Source of the DNA: Myxococcales bacterium
GTDB lineage: Bacteria > Myxococcota_A > Bradymonadia > REDH01
Length of the DNA stretch: 64,000 nucleotides
Reading direction: 5' to 3'
Assembly: GCA_947496715.1 (NCBI GenBank)
Contig: CANMDT010000004.1
Span: 2,703-66,702 of the forward strand
Shown: positions 20,401 to 30,300 of the stretch, one piece after another
Layout of the letters: each line of letters begins with the position of its first letter
Position numbering within the stretch: the first letter of the stretch is position 1
Position numbers and translations under genes: made by a program
The notes under the pieces: model-generated
Told to the model about the DNA's origin: nothing
The model's input: only the letters and a program-made list of their open reading frames with translations
Databases searched by the model: none

Positions 20401-20709
20401 GGCCCCGGCAGCGACATGCAGAAGCTCTCCATCTTCGACGTGAGCCTGCGCGAGCTGGCCTCGGTCAACGTCGACGCCTGGGCCACGCTCAGCGGCGCGC
20501 AGGACGGTCGCGCACTCTTCCAGGTCCCGGGCGGCCTCATGGTCGTCAACCTCGACACGCCCGCGAACCCCTTCCCGCAGGCCTACTTCCCGACGGCGGG
20601 CTGGCCGCAGAAGATCGATATCGCCGGCGACCGCGCCTATTTTGCGGCCGGCCGTTACGGCATCTACGACTTCGATCTTAACACCTACAACCTGCTGCCG
20701 CTCCTCTAG
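17458..20709 (+). CDS. large beta-propeller lipoprotein with LVIVD-type repeats
   Basis: Lipobox LTAGC. Recurring (V/I)xDxSxP motifs (LQVIDIANLEEP, VSVVDISDP, STYDTSDPNNP, KAFDLADPTAP, LMVVNLDTPANP, YGIYDFDL). Start at ATG 17458 after GGAG. Confidence 0.8.
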   Translation: MYAPLDRFKLLGGSLLALLLALTAGCASDSADAPIVNDEDSLGSGADFVRNPSSFVSAEGAAGDQAANRGDESLDAGTGAPTDDAGGGTTRTVEEGDIYRVLADQKILNLNSYRGLQVIDIANLEEPTVISRLPITGTPVEMYVVGDRAFVLMNNWRGYYGNRSDIRVETQEGGLVLSVDLSDPLNPVELGRAFVPGFIQTSRLTREGDVAALYVAANEYGNFDQPDGTVQWENRTVLKSFDVSGAAIIPKSELNLGGYVAALQATTEALLVSRFSWTGSSPNSTVSVVDISDPAGNMIAGDEVEVSGQVWNKYNMDLYEGVLRVVSGRTWGGGTNANHVQTWNATDLGNLTPIDEATFGDGQQLFATLFLGNKAFFVTYLRVDPFHAFEVAPDGMITERAEYIVSGWNNYFRPVFNDSRLIGIGMNDVGGTTMAVSLYDIDDLSNPEPLISRDEVSANNSWSEAVWDDRAFSVLEDVVSVEGSGGVTETGLVLLPYSGWDSAYTTYQSAVQIFTFSNNTLTRRGVMNEGNPVRRSFLAANDTTANLGEEELSTYDTSDPNNPAELGRVELAPNATGSLVFGDYGVRLIDNGAASWWYASRGVRPDARVEIVPLSAGIDLGAAVATLDVPSGAQLERVGNLMVVVSAAYESLPEYPYYSTTTTLKAFDLADPTAPLALGTLETDAIPADTYGGYYGGPGMVDCMDCGRGWYGTSLLSRTHATSKALTFVRSTQEQESLGMVHTCNSYPTATASPGCSSEDLASCEWLSGGRTCNTNEAGETVCTGAYYRCGYDADSSYSCTEVEAAEVAVSTSCYDNEQFRYWNRYRAFVVNFEQPSNPVLEPVLEMSSGEEGVATVAEGDTLYYSFKVPYDVEGDPRPYARYFFRTLDLSQPSEPLLSAGVNVPGQVLDISGDYLFTQDTVYGDAIIETSLARVRLFEGSAYLMNRLRLPDQQVEAVQLDGRGNLLVSHRDSWWSTVTSGGPGSDMQKLSIFDVSLRELASVNVDAWATLSGAQDGRALFQVPGGLMVVNLDTPANPFPQAYFPTAGWPQKIDIAGDRAYFAAGRYGIYDFDLNTYNLLPLL

Positions 20710-20807
20710 CGGGTCGGCCCTTCGCGGGTCGTGCTACTTGCCTCCAACGCCGAAACGGGCGAGGTGGGCAGACCGCGCCATTCGCTTGTTGGTTTTTGGA
20801 GTCTTCC

Positions 20808-23800
20808 ATGCTCAAGCCGATTGAGGCCCTCGCCTCCCTTCGCCTCTCCTCGCTTTCTCAAGGTTTCGCCCTGGCGCTGCTGGCTGCCTGCGGCACGACG
20901 CCGACCGCAGTTGGGGTCGCCGGCGGCGATGAGGACTCCGGCACGGATGTTTCGGGCGATGGCTCCTCCTTTGCCGACGGCTCGGGGGATGCGGGCTCAG
21001 GCGATGCCGGCTCCGACGTGGATCCGGATGGCACGCCCGACGGCTCCGGCCTGCCTGACCCGGGATGCGGCAACGGCGTATGGGAGAGCACCGAGGCCTG
21101 CGATGACGGCAACAGCATCGCCGGCGACGGTTGCGAGCCCGACTGCACCATCTCTGCCGGTTCGCCCTGTGCGCTCTGCACAAGCTCTGCCGAGTGCAGC
21201 GCGCCGACCTCTCTCTGCGCGCAGCTCAGCCGCCCCGCCTTCTGCCTGGCGGCATGCGACGACGCCGGCGGCTGTGCGGCAGGCTTTACCTGCGAGGCCG
21301 TCCCGCTGGCTGGCGATTTCATGCCCATGCCGCCGCTTGTCTGCGTGCCCGAAGACCGCTGCGTCCGGTTCTGCGACGATCCTGACAACGACGGCATCTG
21401 CGCACCCGATGACATCTGTCCGGCCGGCGACGACCGCCTGGACAGCAACGGCAATGGCATCCCCGATGGCTGCGATGGCCCGGTTGGCGGCGAGGTCTGC
21501 ATCAACGGCGTTGACGATGATCGCAACGGGCTCATCGACTGTGCCGACCCGGTCTGTGTGGGTTTGGAGGAGTGCGTGGGAGTCTTCGAGAACTGCGTGA
21601 ACGGGCTTGATGACGACGGCAACGGCCTCATCGATTGCGCGGACCCCTTCTGCTTCGGCATCCCCGACTGCGGCGCATCGACGGAGCTCTGCAACGACTT
21701 CCTCGACAACGACCTCGACGGCCGCGCTGACTGCGCAGATCCCGACTGCGCGGGCGACCGCAACTGCCTCTTGGTAGAGATCTGCGACGACGGCTTCGAT
21801 AACAACCGTGATGGCTTCGTGGACTGCTCCGACCCCACCTGCAGCGGCACCGATGCATGTGTCGGTATCGAGATCTGCAACGACTTCCGCGACAACGATC
21901 GCGACGGCTTGGTTGATTGCGCCGACCGGGACTGCGCGCTGCAGCCAGGCTGCGTTGTCGCGGCGGAGATCTGCGGAAATGGTCGCGACGACGACCGCAA
22001 CGGCCTCGCGGATTGCGCCGATCCGGCCTGCATTGGCACGACAAGCTGCCTACCCTCCACGGAGATCTGCGATGACCTGATCGACAACGACGGCGACCGG
22101 CGCATCGACTGTGGCGACACCGATTGCGCCGCCGATCCTGCATGCCCCACCGGTCCTCAGAGCTGCGTCGCACCCATTGAAATCACCGACTTCGGCGTCA
22201 GCACCGGCGCCACCTCGACCGGTCGGAGCAGCGCAGCCGGCAGCTGCGCGGATAGCAGCGGCACGGAGGCCGTCTTCGCCTTCACCGCACCGACCACCGG
22301 CCCCGTCTGCATGCGCACGCGCGGCTCCTCTTTCAACACACTGCTGTATGCCCGGAGCACCTGCGCCAACGCTGCATCGGAGATCACCTGCAACGACAAC
22401 GGTCGTAACCTGCAGAGCGAGATCTCGCTCAGCGCCGTTGCCGGACAGACCTACTTCATCTTCGTGGATGGCGTCAGCGGCGCGACCGGCAGCTATGTGC
22501 TCGCCGTGACGGAGGGCGCCTGTCCTGCGCTGGGCTTTGAAAACTGCACCGACGGCATCGACAACGACTCGGACTTCTTTGCGGACTGCGCCGACACCGA
22601 CTGCTTCTCCACCAGCACCTGCATCAGCTCCGCCGAGGTCTGCACCGACCGGGTCGACAATGATCGGGATGGGGCTCTCGATTGCGCCGACACCGACTGC
22701 GCCGCCAACCCCGCCTGCCTGCCGCCCGGAGCGGAGGTCTGCAACGACCTCTTCGACAATGACCGTGACGGAGCCACAGATTGCGCCGATAGCGACTGCA
22801 CGGCCAACCCGCTCTGCATCCGGCCACCGGAGACCAACTGCACCAACCGGACCGACGATGACGGCGACGGCGCCGTCGACTGCTTCGACACCGACTGTTT
22901 CGGCTCGGCGAGCTGCGACGTCTTTGAACTTTGCGCCGACGGCATCGACAACGACAGCGACACGCTCGTCGACTGCGCAGACAACGAGTGCGTCGGCGCT
23001 CCCAACTGTGTGACCGTCTCGCAGACCTGCGCGGCTCCGAACGTTGCGACCACCTACGGCCGCTACTCGGGCCTGACATCGCGCCTGGCGAACGAGAATG
23101 TCCCCTCCTGCGTGGGGTCGACGGCCCCCGAGTCTGTCTGGCGCTTCACACCGCCCGAGAGCGGGCTTGTCTGCGTGACGACCGCAGGCTCCACCTACGA
23201 CACCGTCCTCTTTGCGCGGAACAGCTGTGGTGGCGCAGGGACCGACCTTGCCTGCAACGATGACACCGGCGGACTTACCTCGCAGGTTCAGTTCACCGTG
23301 ACCGCGGGCGTCGATGTCTTCCTCATGGTGGATGGCTTTGCTGCGCTCGGCGGTACCTACCGGCTCAACATCACCGGCGGCGCCTGCGGGAGTGGGGTGG
23401 GGGAGACCGCCTGCACCGACCGCATCGACAACGACCGTGACGGCGCCATCGACTGCGCCGACCCGGACTGTGCGGGGACCGCCGCCTGCGCAGTTCCCAG
23501 TTCGGAGACCAGCTGCACCGACGTCGTCGACAACGATCGTGACGGCGCCATCGACTGCGCCGACCCGGACTGTGATGCCGACGCGGCCTGCGCGCTGCCG
23601 GCGAACGAACTCGATTGCGGCGACGGCCTCGACGATGATGGCGATGGCCTCACGGACTGTGACGACAGCGACTGTCTCGCCGATCCCCTCTGCGTTCCGG
23701 CCGTTGGGACCTGCGATGCGCCTCTGACCCTCAATCCGTTCGGAACCAACACAGGAAACCTGGCGGAGGGGGCGAACGTCGCGGCGGGCAGCTGTGGCGG

Positions 23801-24092
23801 CCTCGACGGCAACGAGCAGGTCTGGGGCCTCGATCTAGCCTTCCCGCTCCCCTTCAATGTTGCGGCCTGTGTTACGGTCCGGAGCGACGCCTTCAGCCCC
23901 GTGCTCTACTACGGCACCTCGACCTGCGGCGCCGTGGGCTCCGAACTCGCCTGCAGCCCCTCGGCTGATGGCCTGTCGGCCAGCCTGGAGGTCACGGTCG
24001 GCCCTGGCGACACCCTGTCGCTCTTCGTCGACTCGCTCGATGGTGGCGCCGGAGCCTACGACCTGTCGGTGAACATCGGCGCCTGCCCCTAG
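20808..24092 (+). CDS. giant Cys-rich lipoprotein: Myxococcus cysteine-rich repeat + arrays of MopE-type motifs + three PPC-like Cys-framed domains
   Basis: Lipobox LLAAC. CGNGVWESTEACDDGNSIAGDGCEPDC. ~25 repeats of C.D..DND.DG..DC.D.DC. Three ~125-aa domains ending …YFIFVDG..GA.G.Y.L.V..GACP. ATG 20808 after TGGAG. Confidence 0.8.
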   Translation: MLKPIEALASLRLSSLSQGFALALLAACGTTPTAVGVAGGDEDSGTDVSGDGSSFADGSGDAGSGDAGSDVDPDGTPDGSGLPDPGCGNGVWESTEACDDGNSIAGDGCEPDCTISAGSPCALCTSSAECSAPTSLCAQLSRPAFCLAACDDAGGCAAGFTCEAVPLAGDFMPMPPLVCVPEDRCVRFCDDPDNDGICAPDDICPAGDDRLDSNGNGIPDGCDGPVGGEVCINGVDDDRNGLIDCADPVCVGLEECVGVFENCVNGLDDDGNGLIDCADPFCFGIPDCGASTELCNDFLDNDLDGRADCADPDCAGDRNCLLVEICDDGFDNNRDGFVDCSDPTCSGTDACVGIEICNDFRDNDRDGLVDCADRDCALQPGCVVAAEICGNGRDDDRNGLADCADPACIGTTSCLPSTEICDDLIDNDGDRRIDCGDTDCAADPACPTGPQSCVAPIEITDFGVSTGATSTGRSSAAGSCADSSGTEAVFAFTAPTTGPVCMRTRGSSFNTLLYARSTCANAASEITCNDNGRNLQSEISLSAVAGQTYFIFVDGVSGATGSYVLAVTEGACPALGFENCTDGIDNDSDFFADCADTDCFSTSTCISSAEVCTDRVDNDRDGALDCADTDCAANPACLPPGAEVCNDLFDNDRDGATDCADSDCTANPLCIRPPETNCTNRTDDDGDGAVDCFDTDCFGSASCDVFELCADGIDNDSDTLVDCADNECVGAPNCVTVSQTCAAPNVATTYGRYSGLTSRLANENVPSCVGSTAPESVWRFTPPESGLVCVTTAGSTYDTVLFARNSCGGAGTDLACNDDTGGLTSQVQFTVTAGVDVFLMVDGFAALGGTYRLNITGGACGSGVGETACTDRIDNDRDGAIDCADPDCAGTAACAVPSSETSCTDVVDNDRDGAIDCADPDCDADAACALPANELDCGDGLDDDGDGLTDCDDSDCLADPLCVPAVGTCDAPLTLNPFGTNTGNLAEGANVAAGSCGGLDGNEQVWGLDLAFPLPFNVAACVTVRSDAFSPVLYYGTSTCGAVGSELACSPSADGLSASLEVTVGPGDTLSLFVDSLDGGAGAYDLSVNIGACP

Positions 24093-24102
24093 CAGTCGGG
24101 CG

Positions 24103-24119
24103 GGAGAAACATTTTCTCC
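24103..24119 (+). repeat. perfect AT-rich inverted repeat GGAGAAAcatTTTCTCC (7-bp stem, 3-nt loop) 10 nt after stop of 20808..24092, followed by GATTGTTTG
   Basis: Read directly; stands out in a 70% GC background. Weak terminator or protein-binding palindrome. Confidence 0.4.
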
Positions 24120-24125
24120 GATTGT

Positions 24126-24154
24126 TTGCACAAATCTGGCCGTTAAGGTTCAAT
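24126..24154 (+). promoter_or_regulatory. candidate sigma70-like promoter (TTGCAC-N17-TTCAAT) for second Cys-rich paralog
   Basis: Lower-GC intergenic spacer between the two paralogs. 38 nt upstream of ATG 24193. Confidence 0.3.
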
Positions 24155-24192
24155 CGTCGGTTGATACCCCATCTCTGTCGATTGGAGCATGC

Positions 24193-27100
24193 ATGTCTTC
24201 GCGAATCCCTCTCCTGCTTTGGCGCGCCGGCTCGGTTCTGCTCTTCTCTTGGCTGGCCGCTTGCGGCACCAGCGCCGGTGGCGCTGCGAGGGTTGATCCC
24301 ACCCTGGTCGACACGGGTGGGTCGGGGGATGGCTCGTCCGACACCACGGGCGACACCTCTCCGGATGGATCGGGGACGGTGGATGGCTCTTGCGGCAATG
24401 CCGTCCGCGAGCTCGGCGAGGCCTGCGACGATGGCAACACGACCGGCGGAGATGGCTGTGAGGCCGACTGCACCGTCACCAGCGGCGCCGCCTGTGCGCC
24501 CTGCGCGACCTCGACCGACTGCGGCTCTGTTGCCCCGCTCTGCGGCGCCGTCGGCGCCGCGACGGCCTGTCTGGCGAACTGTGATGCGGCCAGTGGCTGC
24601 GGTGATGGCTTTGTCTGCTCGCCCACCACGGTCGACGGCGTTGATCGTGCCGCCTGCATTCCCGCGACGGGTTCCTGCGCGGCGAGCTGCGCCGATGCGG
24701 ATGGCGATACCATCTGCGATCAGGACGACATCTGCGCGGCCGGCGATGACCGCATCGACACCGATGGCGACGGCACGCCCGACGCCTGCGAGGGCATCGA
24801 ACTCTGCACCAACGGCATCGATGATGACACCAACGGCCTCGTGGACTGCTTCGACGCCGCCTGCGCTGCCGACGCCTCCTGCGCAATCGTCAGCCGCGAA
24901 GTCTGCGCCAACCTCATCGACGACGACCGCAACGGCCTGACCGACTGCGCCGACCCGATCTGCTCGTCGGAGCCGGGCTGCGTGGTTCTGGCGGAGATCT
25001 GCGGAAACGGCATCGACGATGATGGCAACGGCCTTGCTGATTGCGCCGACGCCGCCTGCGGCAGCGAGCCCGGTTGCATCATCATCTCACTCGAGGTTTG
25101 CGACAACGGCATCGACGACGACGGCAACGGCCGCATCGACTGCGCCGATCCCGCCTGCTCCACCGACCCCGGCTGCGTGGTGCTCGGCCCCGAAATCTGC
25201 GGCAACGGCCTCGATGATGATCGCAACGGCCGCATCGACTGCGCCGACGGCGCCTGTGCAACCGATCCGAGCTGTGTCATCGGGACCGAGATCTGCGGCA
25301 ACAGCATCGACGACGACCGGAACGGCTTCACCGACTGCGGCGACGTCGCCTGCTCGGCCGACCCATTCTGCGCCCCCTCCAGCGAGATCTGCGACGACCT
25401 CGCCGACAACGACGGCGACCGCCTCATCGACTGCGGCGACCCGGACTGCGCCGCCGACCCCGCCTGTCCCACCGGTCCCCAGCTCTGCACCAGCCCCAAC
25501 CTCTTCGGCCCCTTTGGCAGCCGCACGGGTGCTACCTCTACGCTTGCCAACAACCAGGCCGGCAGCTGCGCCGTCAGCGACGGCCCCGAGACGGTCTACT
25601 CCTTCACCGCGACGGCGGCCGGCACGCTCTGCGCCCGCACCTTCGGCTCCTCCTACGACACCGTCCTCTATGTGCGCACGGCCTGCACCAACGCTGCTTC
25701 CGAGGTGGCCTGCAACGATGACGCCACCTTCAGCCAGCAGAGCCAGCTCGCCTTCACGGCCGTCGCCGGACAGCAGTACTTTTTCTTCGTTGACGGCTTC
25801 ACCGGCGCCTCGGGCAGCTACGCGCTGACCCTCTCTGCCGGCGCCTGCCCGGCCCGCGCCCGCGAGATCTGCACCGACGGCGTCGACAACGACTTTGACC
25901 TCTTCACCGACTGCGCCGATACCGACTGCGACGCCGACCCCGCCTGCATCATCGCGCCGGAAGACTGCCAGGATGGTCTCGACAATGACCGCGACACCTT
26001 CGTGGACTGCGACGATGCCGACTGCTCCACCTTCCCGACCTGCATCCCCGAGGCGCTCTGCGACAACGGCATCGACGACGACGACGACGGCGACGTGGAC
26101 TGCTTCGACCTCGACTGCCTCGGCGATATCGCCTGCCCGACCCTCGAAATCTGCGACGACTCCGCCGACAACGACGGCGATGGCCTCATCGACTGCGACG
26201 ACCCGGAGTGCATCGCCACGCCCGGCTGCGCGATCGCCGCGCAGACCTGCGCAGACCCCAACATCACGGACGGTTACGGCTCTTTCTTCGGGCTGACCGA
26301 CGCGCTTGCAGACAACTACGACCCCGGCTGCGCACGCTCCGCAGCCCCCGAGGCGGTCTGGCGCTTCAACCCGCCCGCGACCGGCACGGTCTGCATCAAC
26401 ACCAACGGTTCGGTCTACGACACTGTGCTCTACGCGCGCTCCAGCTGTGGAAGCACCCGCGACATCGACTGCAACGACGACACGCTGGGCCAGCAGTCGG
26501 AGATTGAGATCGATGTCACCATCGGCACCCCTGTCTACCTCTTCGTCGACGGCTTCAACAACAGCACGGGTGACTACCGCCTCACCATCGCCGCGGGCGC
26601 CTGCACCGCGCGCGTGGAGACGCTGTGCACCGATGGCCTCGACAACGATGGCGACAGGAACACCGACTGTAATGACAACGACTGCGATGCCGACCCTGCC
26701 TGTGCCCCCGTGCCGGAGACGATCTGCAACGATGGCGTCGACAACGATCGCGACGGCCGTACCGATTGCTTTGATGCCGATTGCAACGGTAACCCGGCTT
26801 GCGTCGAGACCATCTGCAACGACGGACGCGACAACGACAACGACGGCAACACCGACTGCAACGACACCGACTGTGCTGCCGATCCCGTCTGCGCGCCCTT
26901 CGCCGGTACCTGCACGATTCCGCTGATCCTCAACCTCACGGGCTCCAACACCGGCACCATCCAGGACGTTGGCTCCAACCGCACGGGTACCTGCGGAGGT
27001 GACGCAACGCCCGAGCAGGTCTGGACGCTTGCTGCGCCCGTCACCACAGCGTCGGAAATCTGCGTGACTGTCAACGCGACCGGCTTCACGCCGATCCTCC

Positions 27101-27273
27101 ACTACCGCGACGACACCTGCACCCAGCGCTCCGGAGAGCAGGACTGCGTCAACGGAACGGGTTCAACGGCGTCGATGACAGTAGTGCTTCAGCCTGGCGT
27201 GGTGCCCTACATCATCGTCGACGGCGGCCCCGGCGCCTACACGGTTACCACCGCCGCGGGCGCCTGCCCGTAG
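24193..27273 (+). CDS. giant Cys-rich lipoprotein, tandem paralog of 20808..24092 (same domain grammar)
   Basis: Lipobox WLAAC. Same Myxo Cys-rich repeat, MopE-type motif arrays and three PPC-like domains. TTGGAG SD. Confidence 0.8.
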   Translation: MSSRIPLLLWRAGSVLLFSWLAACGTSAGGAARVDPTLVDTGGSGDGSSDTTGDTSPDGSGTVDGSCGNAVRELGEACDDGNTTGGDGCEADCTVTSGAACAPCATSTDCGSVAPLCGAVGAATACLANCDAASGCGDGFVCSPTTVDGVDRAACIPATGSCAASCADADGDTICDQDDICAAGDDRIDTDGDGTPDACEGIELCTNGIDDDTNGLVDCFDAACAADASCAIVSREVCANLIDDDRNGLTDCADPICSSEPGCVVLAEICGNGIDDDGNGLADCADAACGSEPGCIIISLEVCDNGIDDDGNGRIDCADPACSTDPGCVVLGPEICGNGLDDDRNGRIDCADGACATDPSCVIGTEICGNSIDDDRNGFTDCGDVACSADPFCAPSSEICDDLADNDGDRLIDCGDPDCAADPACPTGPQLCTSPNLFGPFGSRTGATSTLANNQAGSCAVSDGPETVYSFTATAAGTLCARTFGSSYDTVLYVRTACTNAASEVACNDDATFSQQSQLAFTAVAGQQYFFFVDGFTGASGSYALTLSAGACPARAREICTDGVDNDFDLFTDCADTDCDADPACIIAPEDCQDGLDNDRDTFVDCDDADCSTFPTCIPEALCDNGIDDDDDGDVDCFDLDCLGDIACPTLEICDDSADNDGDGLIDCDDPECIATPGCAIAAQTCADPNITDGYGSFFGLTDALADNYDPGCARSAAPEAVWRFNPPATGTVCINTNGSVYDTVLYARSSCGSTRDIDCNDDTLGQQSEIEIDVTIGTPVYLFVDGFNNSTGDYRLTIAAGACTARVETLCTDGLDNDGDRNTDCNDNDCDADPACAPVPETICNDGVDNDRDGRTDCFDADCNGNPACVETICNDGRDNDNDGNTDCNDTDCAADPVCAPFAGTCTIPLILNLTGSNTGTIQDVGSNRTGTCGGDATPEQVWTLAAPVTTASEICVTVNATGFTPILHYRDDTCTQRSGEQDCVNGTGSTASMTVVLQPGVVPYIIVDGGPGAYTVTTAAGACP

Positions 27274-27363
27274 TGTGACTGGCGGCACTGCGCCGCCTAC
27301 TTGCCTCCAGATCAGCGAAGCAATAGCGGGTTGGCATCAGTTCTTCTCTCGACGGAGTTGGCG

Positions 27364-30300
27364 ATGCCGACCTTCTTTTTGCCCCGCGCCTCCGGCGCTT
27401 CCTCGCTCCGAGCAACCCTGTTGCAACTCGTTCTGGCGTTGGCGCTCCTTGTGCCGGCAGCGGGACGAGCAGCGACCATCACAGTCGATACCCTGCTCGA
27501 CCCCGCGCTCGACCTTGCCTCGCCCACCTCGCTGCGTGAAGCAATCACGGCCGCAAACGCGCTCGCCGGCGACGACATCATCGACCTCCGCGGCCTCTCC
27601 GGTACGCTGGTGATCTCGCAGGCGACGGCGCTGCCCGCGATCACCTCTAACGTCCAGATCCTTGGTCCAGGTGCAGATGTGCTCACCGTAGACCGGACGA
27701 GCGCCACCGCCTTCGGTCTGCTCTCCATCAGCGCCGGGACCGTGTCGATTTCAGGCCTCAGACTCAGCCGCGGAAGCCGAGCAGATGGCGGAGCACTGCT
27801 GGTCTCGGGGGGCGCGGTCACAGTCACCGGCTGCCACCTCCTCAACAACGCCTCGACGGGCATCATCGCCACCTCAGGGGGCGGCGCCATCCGCCTCAAT
27901 GGGGGCACGCTGGCCCTCTCGCAGAGCACCGTCTCGGGCAGCGTGGCGGCACGCGCCGGCGGCGCCCTCTATCTTGCAGCGGGCACGGCGACGCTCACCA
28001 ATGTGACCCTCTCGGGGAACACCGCCACCACGGGCGGAGGCGTCAACATCGCCGACAATGTGGCTGCGATCTTTGCTGCCAACTTCTCCACCTTCGCGCT
28101 CAACGCCGGCGCGACGTCGAGTGGCCTGCTCAATGCAGGGCGCGGTAGCTGCAACGTGAACTCCGTTGCCATCACCGGCAACACCGGCGCTGCGCTGCAG
28201 GCCTCTGCATCTTGCACATCCATCCAGAGCTACCTCTCTGCCACAGGCGGGCTGCTCGGTGCGCTTGCTGCCAACGGTGGAACGACGCCCACCCACCTGC
28301 CCGCTGCGGGCAGCCCCCTGATTGATGCAGCCAGCGCTGTCGTCCTCATTGCCCAGGACCAGCGCGGCGCTGCCCGTCCGCTCGATGGCGACGGTGACGG
28401 CGTTGCTGCGCCCGACATTGGCGCGGTGGAGTTCGGTGCGGTGCCTGTCATCAACCTCGGCGGCGGCCCCGTCACCTACACCGAGAACCAGGCCGCAGTC
28501 GCGCTGGCAACCTCCGCCACCGTCACAGACGCCGACACGGCTGCGCTCGCCACCGGCCGCCTCTCGGTCTCCTATGCAGCGGCAGGCCTGTTGACCGACC
28601 AGCTCACGCTGGGTGCAGGCTCGGGCACCGGCGCAGTTACACTTGTGGGCACCTCGGTCCGGGTCGCCGGCGTTGCGGTTGGCACCCTCGCAGGTGGCGC
28701 CAACGGCGCAAACCTGACCATCGTATTCCACGCCGCCGCCACCCTCGCCAGGGTCAGCGCGGTGGTCTCTGCCATCTCCTTCGCCGCGACCGGCGACAAT
28801 CCCACACCCAGTGACCGGACCATCCGATACACGCTCACGGACGGGCAGGGCGGAACCAGCCGCACGGCAACACGGACCGTCACGGTCGTCGCTGTGAACG
28901 ACCCGCCCCGGCTGGTGGCCGGTGCCTACGCGGCGGGCGCAGAGAATGCGGTGATGACAATCCCGCTGACGCTCGCAGACCCCGACACGGCGGTAGGTTC
29001 GCTCACGCTCGATGCAGCGTCGCTCACGCCGGCGCTCATGGATGGCGCCAGCTTCCTCTTCACGGGAGCCGCCGCCGCCCGCACGCTCGACATCACCCCC
29101 ATCCTCAACGCCAATGGCAATGGCGTCGTGACCGTGACCGTTTCAGACGGCAGTGCGACGGCGACGCTCGACCTCCCCGTCACCTTTGTCGCTGTGAACA
29201 GCCCGCCGGTTGCCAACCCGCTGAGCATTACGGTCAACGAAGACGGCGCCCGCAGCTTCACGCTGACCGCCTCCGACCCCGACGGTGGCCTGCTCGCCTA
29301 CATCGTCCGCACGCCGCCCGCCCATGGCACACTCTCCGGGCTCCCACCCAACCTCGTCTATCGACCGGAGCCCGACTACTTCGGACCCGACACCATCTCC
29401 TTCCAGGTGGTGGATGATGCCGATGCGCTCTCCAACCGGGCAACCGTCACCATCAATGTCGTGGGTGTGAACGACGCACCCGTCGCGCTGGCCTCCTCGG
29501 TTGATACGACCGAAGACGCGCCAGCCTCATTCACCTTTGCCGCGACCGATGTGGACGGCGACCCGCTCACCTTCGTCCTCGATGCAACCCCGACGCTTGG
29601 CACCGTCACCGCCGTCGCCGGCTTGCAGGCGAACTTCGCGCCCGCCCCCACTCTCTCTGGCGAGGAGCAGGTTGCCTTTCATGTGACAGATGGCCGGCTC
29701 GACTCCGCCCCCTCGACCCTCACGCTCCGCGTCGCTGCTCTGAACGACCTCCCGGTTGCCGCGCCCCTCGGTGTGACCGTCCGCGAAGACAACGCGGTGA
29801 CCGTCGCGCTCGTCGGAACCGACGCGGAGGGCGATGCCGTCACCGTCCAGCTCGATGCGCAGCCAGCCCGCGGCTCGCTCGAGGTGGCCGCCTCAGGCGC
29901 CCCCAACTTCACCTACCGCCCCGATGCCGACTTTTTCGGCGCCGATAGCTTCACCTTCTCGCTCTGCGATGCCGCCGGCTGCGGCTCACCCGCCACCGTC
30001 TCGCTTACCGTTACACCGGTGAATGATGCGCCGGTCCTCGGGCTGGTGCCAGACGTAGATATGCTCGAGGACGGCTCTGCAACCTTCAGCCTTGCAGCAA
30101 CCGATGTGGATGGCGACCCGCTCACCTTCTCGGTGGTGACCGAGCCGAGCGATGGCACGCTGACGCTGGTCGACGCAGCGACGGGCGAACTGACATTTGC
30201 TCCTCCGGCCAACTTTGTCGGCACGCTCTCCTTCGCCTGGCAGGTCTCCGACGGCAGCGCGACGGCCGGGCCAGACACCGTCGAGATCCGGGTGGCGGCG

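Noticed and set aside
25087-27102. 671-aa minus-strand ORF inside the second Cys-rich paralog
   Set aside because: Antisense. The GAC/GTC-rich repeats read as poly-Val/Ala/Gly on the opposite strand
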